NCBI GenBank assembly: GCA_964448725.1
Contig: CAYVAJ010000001.1
Coordinates: 7,525-71,524, forward strand
Origin: an uncultured Gammaproteobacteria bacterium
GTDB taxonomy: Bacteria > Patescibacteriota > Microgenomatia > Levybacterales > GWA1-39-11
Direction: 5' to 3'
Length of the DNA: 64,000 bases
Shown: piece after piece, positions 9,673 to 18,898 of the stretch
Layout of the letters: each line of letters starts with the position of its first letter
How positions within the stretch are numbered: the stretch's first letter is position 1
The notes under the pieces: generated by a model
The model's input: the letters and a program-made list of their open reading frames with translations, nothing else
The model's database searches: none
Told to the model about the DNA's origin: nothing
Made by a program: the position numbers and the translations under genes

Positions 9673-11559
9673 TTAGTTAACTGTCTTTTTAGCAGATTTA
9701 GAGGTTTTTTTCTTGCCATCTGATCTCATAATTGCGTCAAACTCATCACCTTCAAGTTTTTCCTTTTTCAGTAGCTCTAATGCAACATCATCAAGTTTAT
9801 TTTTATGTTTTTTAAGAGTTTCAATCGCTACTTTATACCGATCATCAATAATTTGCCGAATCTCTGTATCAATTTTTGACTGCATCACATCTGACACTTG
9901 GGTACCATCCTCATACCTTCGTACTTGATCATTGTCGAAATTTACTGGACCAATGCTACTCATACCATAATCAACTACCATATTTCTGGCTAGTTGTGTG
10001 GCTTTCTGAATATCGTCTCCTGCTCCAGTTGTCATTTCTTTGAAAATTAATTCTTCTGCAGCACGTCCTCCAAGCATGGTTGAAATATGTTCGAGAAGTC
10101 GGGTTTTTGTTTCGTGTACACGGTCCTGTGCAGGAGGAATTAATGTATGTCCCAAAGACATTCCGCGTGATACAATAGAGATAGTATGTACAGGGTCTGT
10201 ATTAGGCATATAATATGACACTAATGCATGGCCAGCTTCATGATATGCAGTAATTTTTTTATCCTCTTCACTTTGCATACGGCGTTTTTCAGGTCCTAGT
10301 TTTACTTTAGTAGCTGATTCTTCAATATGATGCATATCAATTTCTTTTTTGTTTTCTCGCGCAGCAAAAATTGCTGCTTCGTTAAGCATATTCTCTAAAT
10401 CAGCACCAGAGTATCCAACTGTGCGTCTGGCAACCCGGTCCCAGTCAAGCTCTTTCTTGAACGGTTTTCCTTGTGCATGAATCTTCAAAATTTCTCTACG
10501 TCCCTCAAGATCAGGAAGACCGATCATAATGCGTCTATCAAAACGACCAGGGCGAACTAAGGCAGGATCTAGAATATCTGGTCTGTTTGTTGCAGCCATG
10601 ACAACCAACTGTTCATTAGGGGTGAATCCATCCATTTCTACCAAAATCTGATTAAGTGTCTGCTCACGCTCGTCATGACCACCCATAAGACCCCCCCCTC
10701 GTTGACGGCCTATTGCATCTATCTCATCTATGAAAATAATTGCAGGTTGTGTCTTCTTTGCAGTGACGAAAAGATCACGTGCTCGTGCAGCACCCACACC
10801 AACTAACATTTCCATAAACTCTGAACCTGCTATAGAAATGAATGGTACTTGTGCCTCTCCAGCTACTGCCCGTGCAAGTAATGTTTTTCCAGTACCTGCA
10901 GGTCCTACCAACAATACCCCTTTTGGTGTCCGTGCCCCCATTGCTTGATATTTTTCAGGATGTTTCAAGAAATCTACAATTTCAGTTAATTCTTGCTTCG
11001 CTTCGTCCACACCAGCAACTGAGTCAAATTTTACTTTAGGGAAGTCTTTATTAAATGTTTTACCTTTGTTTGATCCGAAAGAAAAAATGCTTTCCTGCGC
11101 TCCTCTTGCTTGGCGCATTATAAAATAGAAAAACCCAACTAGTAGAAGTACTGGTAAGAGTGACCCTAAAACCCCAATCCAGGTATTTATACCTGCCTCA
11201 TCCTTTACTTGAACATTCACTCTGCTTACATCATTCGGCTCAACACCAGCATTATTGAACACTTCATATATATCTGAGTTTATATCTTTTGTAGAAGTTG
11301 CTCTGTCACCATTTTCATAGGTAATCGTTAATTTACTTCCTGATACTTCAATTGCATCAATTTTATCGTCTTTTACATCTTGAATAACTTGAGAGAGAGG
11401 AATATTTTCTGATTGAGAGAGACCGCTAAATCCACTGAGACCGAAAGTAAAAAGCACAAAGAAAAAGAGCAAGAATCCGTAAAGAATAATATCTTTCCAT
11501 GTAATTCGAAACTTTGATCTTTTCTTTTTTGGGGTTTTCTTTTGTGTGTTCAATTTCAC
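9673..11559 (-). CDS. ftsH: ATP-dependent zinc metalloprotease FtsH
   Basis: Two TM helices, [29 protein letters not shown]. Confidence 0.97.
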   Translation of the reverse strand: MKLNTQKKTPKKKRSKFRITWKDIILYGFLLFFFVLFTFGLSGFSGLSQSENIPLSQVIQDVKDDKIDAIEVSGSKLTITYENGDRATSTKDINSDIYEVFNNAGVEPNDVSRVNVQVKDEAGINTWIGVLGSLLPVLLLVGFFYFIMRQARGAQESIFSFGSNKGKTFNKDFPKVKFDSVAGVDEAKQELTEIVDFLKHPEKYQAMGARTPKGVLLVGPAGTGKTLLARAVAGEAQVPFISIAGSEFMEMLVGVGAARARDLFVTAKKTQPAIIFIDEIDAIGRQRGGGLMGGHDEREQTLNQILVEMDGFTPNEQLVVMAATNRPDILDPALVRPGRFDRRIMIGLPDLEGRREILKIHAQGKPFKKELDWDRVARRTVGYSGADLENMLNEAAIFAARENKKEIDMHHIEESATKVKLGPEKRRMQSEEDKKITAYHEAGHALVSYYMPNTDPVHTISIVSRGMSLGHTLIPPAQDRVHETKTRLLEHISTMLGGRAAEELIFKEMTTGAGDDIQKATQLARNMVVDYGMSSIGPVNFDNDQVRRYEDGTQVSDVMQSKIDTEIRQIIDDRYKVAIETLKKHKNKLDDVALELLKKEKLEGDEFDAIMRSDGKKKTSKSAKKTVN

Positions 11560-11638
11560 CTCTGGATTATATCATAAGATTTCGCAGTTGTGAAGCTAAA
11601 GTGATAATTTTACTATCCTCTTACAATTTGGCAGCTTA

Positions 11639-11875
11639 TTATTTGACGGGATCATGACCACCGGCATTTCCAGGTCTGCAACGAAGCACTCGTTGAACTC
11701 CTAACCTAGTACCCTTTATGACTCCGTATTTATCTACTGCCTGGATCATGTAATTTGAACATGTTGGAGTGAATTTACATTGATCATTGGTACCAAATAC
11801 CGTTTGGGCAATACCTTTTGGAATAAAAGACACCGACTGATACGCATAGATAATTAATACAACGAATTTCTTCAT
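11639..11875 (-). CDS. yidD: Membrane protein insertion efficiency factor YidD
   Basis: [10 protein letters not shown]...[13 protein letters not shown]. Confidence 0.9.
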   Translation of the reverse strand: MKKFVVLIIYAYQSVSFIPKGIAQTVFGTNDQCKFTPTCSNYMIQAVDKYGVIKGTRLGVQRVLRCRPGNAGGHDPVK

Positions 11876-12147
11876 GAGCGAATAATAGTAAACTCATCAA
11901 ACTTTTCTGTTATCTCTTCCCATTCAACAACAATATTTTTAACTTGGGAAAAGTATGAACCTTCTTCACATAGTCTGATCAGTTGAATAAGTTTTTCTTC
12001 AGGTCCCTGCACTAATGCTTCAACACGTCCGTCTTGTAAGTTCTTTACCCAACCAGTAAGACCAAGTTTGCGTGCGTGATGCCGCGTATTTGCTCTATAT
12101 CCAACCCCTTGAACAAATCCTGATATCCATAAATGTACTTGCTTCAT
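11872..12147 (-). CDS. acyP: Acylphosphatase
   Basis: [19 protein letters not shown]. Confidence 0.93.
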   Translation of the reverse strand: MKQVHLWISGFVQGVGYRANTRHHARKLGLTGWVKNLQDGRVEALVQGPEEKLIQLIRLCEEGSYFSQVKNIVVEWEEITEKFDEFTIIRS

Positions 12148-12174
12148 GAGTGTATTGTATCAAACAAGAGGTGT

Positions 12175-13161
12175 CTACCTTCCAAGACCTACAGCTTCAT
12201 TTACTTTTTTAATAAGAACAGAAGATTTACCACGTGCATAGTGAACTCCCTCGTCTAATATGATGTCAAGCTGTGAAGTATCATGCATCAACTCCGTATA
12301 CCGATGCTGAAATGGAGTAAGGAATGAAACAACTGCATCTGCTAGATCCTGTTTAAATTCTCCATACCCAACCCCTGCATATTGCTTTTCAAGCTCAGAG
12401 ATCGTAATACCGGTAACTACTGAATAAATCGTGAGAAGATTTGAAATAGCAGGTTTATCAGAATTATAAGCAATATCACTTCCTGAATCCGTTACTGCTC
12501 GTTTTATCTTATCCCGCACTGTATCTTCATCATCAAGCAAGAAAATTGCACCGTTTGTATTATTATCAGATTTACTCATCTTTGATAGTGGATCTTGCAG
12601 GCTCATGATTCTACCTGCCTCAGTACTAATTTTAGCTTGTGGGACTTTAAATATTTCACCATATCGCGCATTAAATTTCTCAGCCAGGTCACGAGTGAGT
12701 TCAATATGCTGTTTTTGGTCTTCCCCCACAGGGACGATGTCAGTATGATACAGCAAAATATCTGCTGCCATCAAAACAGGATAGTCAAAAAGACCTGCTG
12801 TAGTTGCATCTTGTTGTTTTTGACTTTTGTCTTTAAATTGCGTCATACGCTCAAGCTGTCCAAATGGTGTTAAACAATTCAGCACCCAAGCAAGATATGA
12901 ATGATCAGGATTTTCAGACTGAATAAAAATATGTGATTTTGCAGGATCAATTCCAGCTGCAATATATATTGCAGCAATTTCGCGATTTTTTTCCCTCAGT
13001 ACTTTTGGATCTTGGTAAACCGTTATAGCATGCAAATCAACAATACAAAAAATTGAATCATACTCGTTTTGCATCTGCTTCCATTGTGAAATAGCCCCTA
13101 TATAATTACCAATATGTAAATCTCCTGAGGGTTGAATACCTGAAAAAATAGTCTTCTTCAT
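12175..13161 (-). CDS. trpS: Tryptophan--tRNA ligase
   Basis: FSGIQPSG, HIGN, KMSKS; start refined to MKKTIFS (TACAAT 7 nt upstream). Confidence 0.96.
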   Translation of the reverse strand: MKKTIFSGIQPSGDLHIGNYIGAISQWKQMQNEYDSIFCIVDLHAITVYQDPKVLREKNREIAAIYIAAGIDPAKSHIFIQSENPDHSYLAWVLNCLTPFGQLERMTQFKDKSQKQQDATTAGLFDYPVLMAADILLYHTDIVPVGEDQKQHIELTRDLAEKFNARYGEIFKVPQAKISTEAGRIMSLQDPLSKMSKSDNNTNGAIFLLDDEDTVRDKIKRAVTDSGSDIAYNSDKPAISNLLTIYSVVTGITISELEKQYAGVGYGEFKQDLADAVVSFLTPFQHRYTELMHDTSQLDIILDEGVHYARGKSSVLIKKVNEAVGLGR

Positions 13162-13238
13162 ATGCTTTATTGTATCAAAATTATACAAGATAAAAAGCTT
13201 TTACTTGACAGAAAAACTAAAAATACGTTACGCTGACT

Positions 13239-13814
13239 ATGAATATGGATCATGATGCTGAAATACCAAACTCTACAGATAAAAGAGAAGTGCGCTTACA
13301 ACCAATTCTCCCTATTTCAGAGAATGGACCTAAAGACACTCAAACTGACTTACATACGGAAGAAAGTGTTCAACAGGATGAAAAACAAATTAATATTATA
13401 CGTAAGATGCTCAATAAATTAATTGGAAAAAACCAGGAAACTACTCCATCTCCGACACCAGTACTAAATTCTGAACAAGAAATAGAAAATCAGGATTCTT
13501 CACAAAAATCATTTGAACCAGAATGGGTAAAGAGAGCAAAAGCAGGAGAACTCCCACCGAATGATTATACTAGTGAAGTAATGCGAAGCCAGCCACCTAA
13601 TCAATCAGTGTCTTCTCAACCCATAGAAGAAGCGGCTGGACAGAATGATTTAATAACCAGTAGTGAGGAAGTAAAAGCAAAAATAAGAGAGCAGTTAGCT
13701 ACTTCCGCTCCTTCCGGACTTGCGAGTCGTATTCAACCACAAGAAGAAGAATCTCGTGGTCCACGGTGGCTAGAAATACAAAAAGAAAAAGGACAAGGAA
13801 AGATAACTGGATAA
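13239..13814 (+). CDS. Hypothetical protein, largely disordered (E/Q/S/P-rich)
   Basis: 191-aa ORF filling the trpS-tgt gap; TTGACA-18-TACGCT upstream; two PxW[VL] motifs. Confidence 0.6.
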   Translation: MNMDHDAEIPNSTDKREVRLQPILPISENGPKDTQTDLHTEESVQQDEKQINIIRKMLNKLIGKNQETTPSPTPVLNSEQEIENQDSSQKSFEPEWVKRAKAGELPPNDYTSEVMRSQPPNQSVSSQPIEEAAGQNDLITSSEEVKAKIREQLATSAPSGLASRIQPQEEESRGPRWLEIQKEKGQGKITG

Positions 13815-13818
13815 CAAT

Positions 13819-15003
13819 TTACTGAGACAACCACTCTTTTTTTAATATATCTAATGTACCTTCCTCAATAGCACTGCGAATTTTTGCCATTAAATCTGCA
13901 TAAAATGCAAGGTTGTGGTATGTAAGCAATCGATATCCCAATAATTCCCTTGCTTTAAAAAGATGGTGAATATATGCTTTAGTATATTTTTGACATACCA
14001 TACACGGACAATCTTTTGATAACGGCTCCATTAATCCATTATTCAATGATTTCGAGATATCTTTTCTAAATCTATTTTGAGGATTTCCTTCTGGCGGATA
14101 AGTAAAATACCATCCCATCCGTGCAACTCTTGTCGGAATCACACAGTCAAAAGTATCAATTCCCAGTTCTACAATATGGAAAATATCATCAATTTCTCCT
14201 ACTCCTAGCATGTGTTTTGGCTTATTTTCGTCAACATTATCAACTGTCCAACGAACGACATCGTACATATTCTCTTTACTCTCATGTGCACCACCAAGAG
14301 CAATCGCATCGAAGTATTTATCATTGAATTTTGCTGATTCGATTCTTAGATCTTCAAATCTTCCGCCATGTGTAACACCATATAATAGCTGATCAGTTCT
14401 TTTATGGGCATTTTTAGAGCGCACAAGCCACTTTTCAGTAAGATCTGATGATTTCTTTGTTTCTTCATAACTATACTTAGGTGACTCAAGGTCATCAAAG
14501 GCAACAATAAGATCTGCTCCAATTTTTTCCTGAATAGCAATTGATATTTCAGGAGAAAGAAAAAGTGGTGTGCCATCAATATGAGACTGGAAATGGACAC
14601 CTTCCTCAGTAATCTTATTTAATCGTGGCTTACCAGTATTGTCTTCATTTTCTCGCAAAAGCTTTCCTACCCCTTGTTCAAGCGCCACACCGAGTGAGAA
14701 GACTTGGAATCCACCGCTATCAGTCATCGTTGGTCCATTCCAGTTCATCATAGGAGCCAGTCCTCCATGTTCATTGATAATATCTTCTCCCGGTCTAATA
14801 TGGAGATGGTAGGTATTAGCAAGAACAATATCAAGACCAACTTCACGTAAATCGTCACCATCAAGTGCTTTTACCGAACCTTGGGTGCCTACTGCACAGA
14901 AATTTGGTGTTCTCACTACTCCATGCGGAGTATGAATTTCACCAGTACGTGCTTTAGTATTTTTATCTTTTGTTTTGATAGTAAACGAGACAGAAGTAGT
15001 CAT
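13819..15003 (-). CDS. tgt: tRNA-guanine transglycosylase
   Basis: LANTYHL, TDSGGFQVFSL, FDCVIPTR, CPCMVC...H zinc site; start refined (TATAAT 6 nt upstream). Confidence 0.93.
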   Translation of the reverse strand: MTTSVSFTIKTKDKNTKARTGEIHTPHGVVRTPNFCAVGTQGSVKALDGDDLREVGLDIVLANTYHLHIRPGEDIINEHGGLAPMMNWNGPTMTDSGGFQVFSLGVALEQGVGKLLRENEDNTGKPRLNKITEEGVHFQSHIDGTPLFLSPEISIAIQEKIGADLIVAFDDLESPKYSYEETKKSSDLTEKWLVRSKNAHKRTDQLLYGVTHGGRFEDLRIESAKFNDKYFDAIALGGAHESKENMYDVVRWTVDNVDENKPKHMLGVGEIDDIFHIVELGIDTFDCVIPTRVARMGWYFTYPPEGNPQNRFRKDISKSLNNGLMEPLSKDCPCMVCQKYTKAYIHHLFKARELLGYRLLTYHNLAFYADLMAKIRSAIEEGTLDILKKEWLSQ

Positions 15004-15021
15004 CTGGGTATTATACAAGAT

Positions 15022-16422
15022 TTAGAGGCTATTTACTGCTTTCTGGAACTGAATTCCTCGGTCTTTATAGTCTTTGAACATATCAAAACTCGCACACGCA
15101 GGTGATAACAATACTACATCTCCTGGTTCTGCTACCTCTGCTGCCTTCTGTACTACTTCATCAAGAGAGGATAATCCTTCAATAATTTGAAAATGCCAAT
15201 CATTAATCTGTTCTTTTATCCGTGGCCATTCTGAACCTATCCCAATAATTGCTTTTATATTTTCTGACTTTCCAATAACTTCTCCAAGCATTGTAAAATC
15301 ACTATTTTTACTTGAACCTCCAAGTATGAGAATTTCAGGGTCTTCAAATGCCAGTATCGCTGCTTGGGCTGTTTCAGGAGTTGTTGAGAACGAATCGTCA
15401 TAATATCGTACTCCTTTAACAGTTTTTACTAATTCCAATCTATGTTCTAATCCTTTAAATGTCTTGAGAATGTCCGTGACTGATTCCTTTGAGACGTTAG
15501 CAAGCGTTGCAGCCATGACTGCTGCACATACATTTTCCCAATTGTGTTTACCAGGAAGCGCAATGTCTTTAGTATCTATAATTATTTCTTCTAAATTCTG
15601 CTTTTTATTTTTTGTACTTTCAGCTTGAGAGGCATTACGTATAACAACTTTATTATTTTGAATGTAACACCCTTGTTCTACTTCCTGTTCTCGTGATACA
15701 AAATACAGTTTTGCATCAGTGTGTGTATCGGATTCATTGCTTGCTGGATAATCTTTATTTAAGACTGCGAAATCTTTAACAGTTTGATATTTCAATATAT
15801 TCCTCTTTGCCTCTACATATTCATAAATATCTTTGTGATAATCCAAATGCTCTGCAGTTACCATCAGCATTACAGCGATATGAGGACTTTTTTCAAGATC
15901 AATTAATTGGAAGCTCGAAAGCTCAAGCATGACAACACTTTCTTGAGATAATTTTTCAATAAAATCAAGTGCAGGAGTTCCAATATTGCCACCAATATAT
16001 GCATCTCGTCCGTCAGCTTTGAGCATTTTATAAATAAGCGTAGCAGTTGTCCCTTTTCCCTTTGTACCAGTTACTCCAATAATAGGACAAGGACAGAGGT
16101 CAAAAAACAACTTTGTTACAGACGTGATTTTTTTTCCTTTCTCAAGGAGATACTGTAATTCGGGATTTTTCAAACTCACACCAGGGGATCGAACAATAAT
16201 ATCAAATTGTAATAAATCAGGATATTTTCCAAAGACAAATTGTATTCCTTTTCCTTTTAGACTTTGAATAATAGTAGGATCAAATTCACTTTCTAATTTT
16301 TTATCTACTACGGTAACCAAGGCTCCATTTCTCATTAAAAAATTAACAGCAGATACGCCTTCCACACCAAACCCTACTACTGCTACTGATTTATTGGAAA
16401 AATTTGCTATATATGAAGCCAT
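15022..16422 (-). CDS. murD: UDP-N-acetylmuramoyl-L-alanine--D-glutamate ligase
   Basis: RSPG, GVTGTKGKGTT, ELSSFQL, HRLE, LLSPACASFD. Confidence 0.95.
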   Translation of the reverse strand: MASYIANFSNKSVAVVGFGVEGVSAVNFLMRNGALVTVVDKKLESEFDPTIIQSLKGKGIQFVFGKYPDLLQFDIIVRSPGVSLKNPELQYLLEKGKKITSVTKLFFDLCPCPIIGVTGTKGKGTTATLIYKMLKADGRDAYIGGNIGTPALDFIEKLSQESVVMLELSSFQLIDLEKSPHIAVMLMVTAEHLDYHKDIYEYVEAKRNILKYQTVKDFAVLNKDYPASNESDTHTDAKLYFVSREQEVEQGCYIQNNKVVIRNASQAESTKNKKQNLEEIIIDTKDIALPGKHNWENVCAAVMAATLANVSKESVTDILKTFKGLEHRLELVKTVKGVRYYDDSFSTTPETAQAAILAFEDPEILILGGSSKNSDFTMLGEVIGKSENIKAIIGIGSEWPRIKEQINDWHFQIIEGLSSLDEVVQKAAEVAEPGDVVLLSPACASFDMFKDYKDRGIQFQKAVNSL

Positions 16423-16449
16423 AGAGGTAATTCTGTATATTTAATTATG

Positions 16450-16524
16450 TGGCTGGAGCGGGGATCGAACCCGCGACCGCCGCGTTATGAATGCGGTGCT
16501 ACGAACCAGCCGAGCTCTCCAGCC
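16450..16524 (-). tRNA. tRNA-Met/Ile2 (CAT), non-initiator, non-canonical core
   Basis: GGCTGGA/TCCAGCC acceptor, anticodon loop TT-CAT-AA, T arm GCGGG-TTCGATC-CCCGC; G1-C72 paired. Confidence 0.8.
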
Positions 16525-16633
16525 TTTAGGCATTCATTTTACCATACTTATGCATCATTTTGAAGCAGAGGGTTGCTTGACAATAGATTCATTTTTCACG
16601 TAAAATTAATAATTGTAATAAACGTGTAATATT

Positions 16634-17005
16634 ATGTTAGAAACAGTTTTCGGAGGATTTTTAGGATTCTCTCTTTTCACTCTTACATCTCATCCAGATT
16701 CACCGATTAGCGGAAAATTCCCTTCTAAAAAACTCTGGCGTTTTCATATCTCTCCTGAAGTAAAAGTACAACTTCGAAATACTTTTGTACATCTTCATCA
16801 TTGGCTCATTTTTGTCGGTGTGTACCTCTTTATTCAAACAACAGAGAAAGCATTTCTTCAATCAGATGTAGTACAAGGATTTGTAATTGGAAGCATTGCA
16901 CAAGGGCTCACTTATGAAGATCGTTTTATGGTGTTTTATAATGCCACTACCCAAAAGATTCGAGGAAAACGAGAGTTCCTACAGACTAACACACTGGGCA
17001 AATAA
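16634..17005 (+). CDS. Hypothetical membrane protein
   Basis: 123 aa with hydrophobic segments and HLHHW motif; TTGACA-17-TAAAAT upstream. Confidence 0.65.
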   Translation: MLETVFGGFLGFSLFTLTSHPDSPISGKFPSKKLWRFHISPEVKVQLRNTFVHLHHWLIFVGVYLFIQTTEKAFLQSDVVQGFVIGSIAQGLTYEDRFMVFYNATTQKIRGKREFLQTNTLGK

Positions 17006-17074
17006 ATATTCCAATTCTTTTAATTTTCTAAAAAACGTTCATACATAATCTCAACACAACAGCCATGTTTAATA

Positions 17075-17149
17075 TGGCGGAGGAGGCCGGATTTCCCTCA
17101 AGGGGACTGCCTCGATGGACATCGGGGAGGGCTTCTCATTCCGCTTTTT
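17075..17149 (-). repeat. 73-bp tRNA 3'-end duplication element, copy 1 (after tRNA-Ser GGA)
   Basis: 17077-17093 matches the tRNA end 17150-17166 at 16/17; internal ATGAGAAG...TCCC-loop-GGGA-AATCC shared with copy 2. Confidence 0.75.
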
Positions 17150-17150
17150 G

Positions 17151-17234
17151 CGGAGGAGGCGGGATTCGAACCCGCGAGAGCTTGCGCTCGCACGCTTTCC
17201 AAGCGTGTGGAATAGTCCACTATCCGACTCCTCC
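17151..17234 (-). tRNA. tRNA-Ser(GGA)
   Basis: GGAGGAG/CTCCTCC acceptor, CACGC-TTGGAAA-GCGTG, long variable arm, G73. Confidence 0.95.
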
Positions 17235-17245
17235 TAGCTAGCTTA

Positions 17246-17683
17246 TCAGAGACTATTTACTATTTTTTTAATTTGCGGCAATAACTTTCTATACATTTTC
17301 TTAGCGTTATCATAGGTAAGTTTCTGTTCTACTTCATCCAATACCACCCACTCAACATTTTCCATTTCATGATCTTTCTCAGCAAAATCTCCACCAAGAT
17401 GTTTCATGATAAAGTAAAAAACAGTTTTTTTTCTACGTTCACCATTCCATTTGTACCAGTAAGTTTCTTCACCTGCCTCTTCTAGAATCTCTGCGTTTAT
17501 GCCTGTTTCTTCTTTTACTTCTCGTACCGCAGTAGCTTCTTTTGATTCACCTTCTTGCTTATCTCCAATATGACCTTTGGGAAATCCCCACCCATGATGC
17601 TGTGCATGCTGTGCCATTAACACAAAAACTTTATCTTGTTCTTTTTTCAGGACTATTCCACCTGCAGAGAATTCTTGTTTCAT
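17246..17683 (-). CDS. NUDIX hydrolase
   Basis: WGFPKGH...ATAVREVKEETG Nudix box. Confidence 0.9.
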   Translation of the reverse strand: MKQEFSAGGIVLKKEQDKVFVLMAQHAQHHGWGFPKGHIGDKQEGESKEATAVREVKEETGINAEILEEAGEETYWYKWNGERRKKTVFYFIMKHLGGDFAEKDHEMENVEWVVLDEVEQKLTYDNAKKMYRKLLPQIKKIVNSL

Positions 17684-17749
17684 AATAAAATTGCTAAATT
17701 ATACACAAAAATAGAAAGTGCCTTCAGCGGGAATTTTTGCAACCACTTG

Positions 17750-17822
17750 TACACCTGAGAGGATTCGAACCTCCAACCGCTAGATCCGGAATCTAGTGCT
17801 CTATCCATTAAGCTACAGGTGC
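17750..17822 (-). tRNA. tRNA-Arg(CCG)
   Basis: GCACCTG/CAGGTGT acceptor, CTAGA-TTCCGGA-TCTAG. Confidence 0.95.
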
Positions 17823-17889
17823 GTCACATTTCTCTCCGGCTCTGCCATGCAGAGATTTTCTTTCCTTATAAAGTCCTCAGTGTGATAAA

Positions 17890-17963
17890 GGCGGAGGGTA
17901 CAGGATTTCCCCCGAGGGGATAGCCATTGCATGGCTGACTTCTCATCCTGCACTCTCCTCTTT
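17890..17963 (-). repeat. 73-bp tRNA 3'-end duplication element, copy 2 (after tRNA-Ser CGA)
   Basis: 17891-17907 is identical (17/17) to the tRNA end 17964-17980; same internal motifs as copy 1. Confidence 0.75.
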
Positions 17964-17964
17964 G

Positions 17965-18053
17965 CGGAGGGTACAGGATTCGAACCTGTGGATCCGTCAG
18001 TTGGCGGATCGAGTTTTCGAAACTCGTGCAATTGGCCACTATGCGAACCCTCC
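17965..18053 (-). tRNA. tRNA-Ser(CGA)
   Basis: GGAGGGT/ACCCTCC acceptor, CGAGT-TTCGAAA-ACTCG, long variable arm. Confidence 0.95.
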
Positions 18054-18118
18054 CTCAGTAACATTTCTTCAGAGCATGCCTTTTCTTGGAAAGGTTTACA
18101 CTGAGCATAATGAATATG

Positions 18119-18190
18119 TGCTCCTGGCGAGAATCGAACTCACATCAGAGGATCCGCAATCCCCCATTCTATCCGTTGAACTACAGGAGC
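18119..18190 (-). tRNA. tRNA-Arg(GCG)
   Basis: GCTCCTG/CAGGAGC acceptor, GGGGA-TTGCGGA-TCCTC, A20 arginine identity element. Confidence 0.93.
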
Positions 18191-18288
18191 GTATGATGAC
18201 ATTCCACATCCGAATATTCACACTAACAAGTTTTACTCGGTGTATTACTCAGGGTATTGTATCACAATTTGAGGGTAAAATAAGAGGT

Positions 18289-18834
18289 TTATCGTCCTTC
18301 TAATGGAAAGTTCTTTGATAACCAATCAGCACTTTGCTCAACAAAAGTCGGCTTAACATACTCACGATATGGTAGAAAATTAACTAAAATGCGACGAACA
18401 TGTTCTCGAGGAATTGATCCCAGTGTCAATTTTAGCTCACCAGGAAGTAGAACTTCTGTTCTCACAATCAATGTATCGCTATGATCTACCTCTTTAAAGT
18501 AGAAATCATACATTTCTGACCAAATGTAAAAATGGTCCTCTACTCTAATTCCTTCAGAAGTAATCTTATAATGAAAATCTTTGGGAGGAATTGTGTACAG
18601 CACAAGAGATAAAAAAACAAGAGCAAGCACAACTACCATAAGCGGATACCATGAGAAAAGAAAGAGAATAATCTCCACTAAAAGCATGAGTAAAATTATC
18701 GTTGCATAGAACTGTCTGCCCTTTTTTGTAAATGGTCTACCAGGAGCACTCCAGGAAAGATAGGTATGTACATCATTGTACATAGGGAAATTATTCTCTT
18801 GTACGTATTGTTTAGAATTATCATTACCCTCCAT
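18289..18834 (-). CDS. Conserved hypothetical two-TM protein with PH-like C-terminal domain
   Basis: W.AP.RPF, two TM helices, 'YKITSEGIRV...W..M.DF' pattern. Confidence 0.65.
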   Translation of the reverse strand: MEGNDNSKQYVQENNFPMYNDVHTYLSWSAPGRPFTKKGRQFYATIILLMLLVEIILFLFSWYPLMVVVLALVFLSLVLYTIPPKDFHYKITSEGIRVEDHFYIWSEMYDFYFKEVDHSDTLIVRTEVLLPGELKLTLGSIPREHVRRILVNFLPYREYVKPTFVEQSADWLSKNFPLEGR

Positions 18835-18898
18835 ACTACTATGATGCACCAAAAATGGGACAAAAAGCAAGTAGAGGAGAACTAAAAATCACTTGCTT

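Noticed and set aside
17075-17963. Mini-elements as hammerhead ribozymes (ATGAG...GAAA)
   Set aside because: The CUGAUGA core and the stem order of a hammerhead are not met.
17813-18303. ORF-track ORFs 17813-18064 and 17962-18303
   Set aside because: They overlap tRNA genes and have no protein features; spurious.
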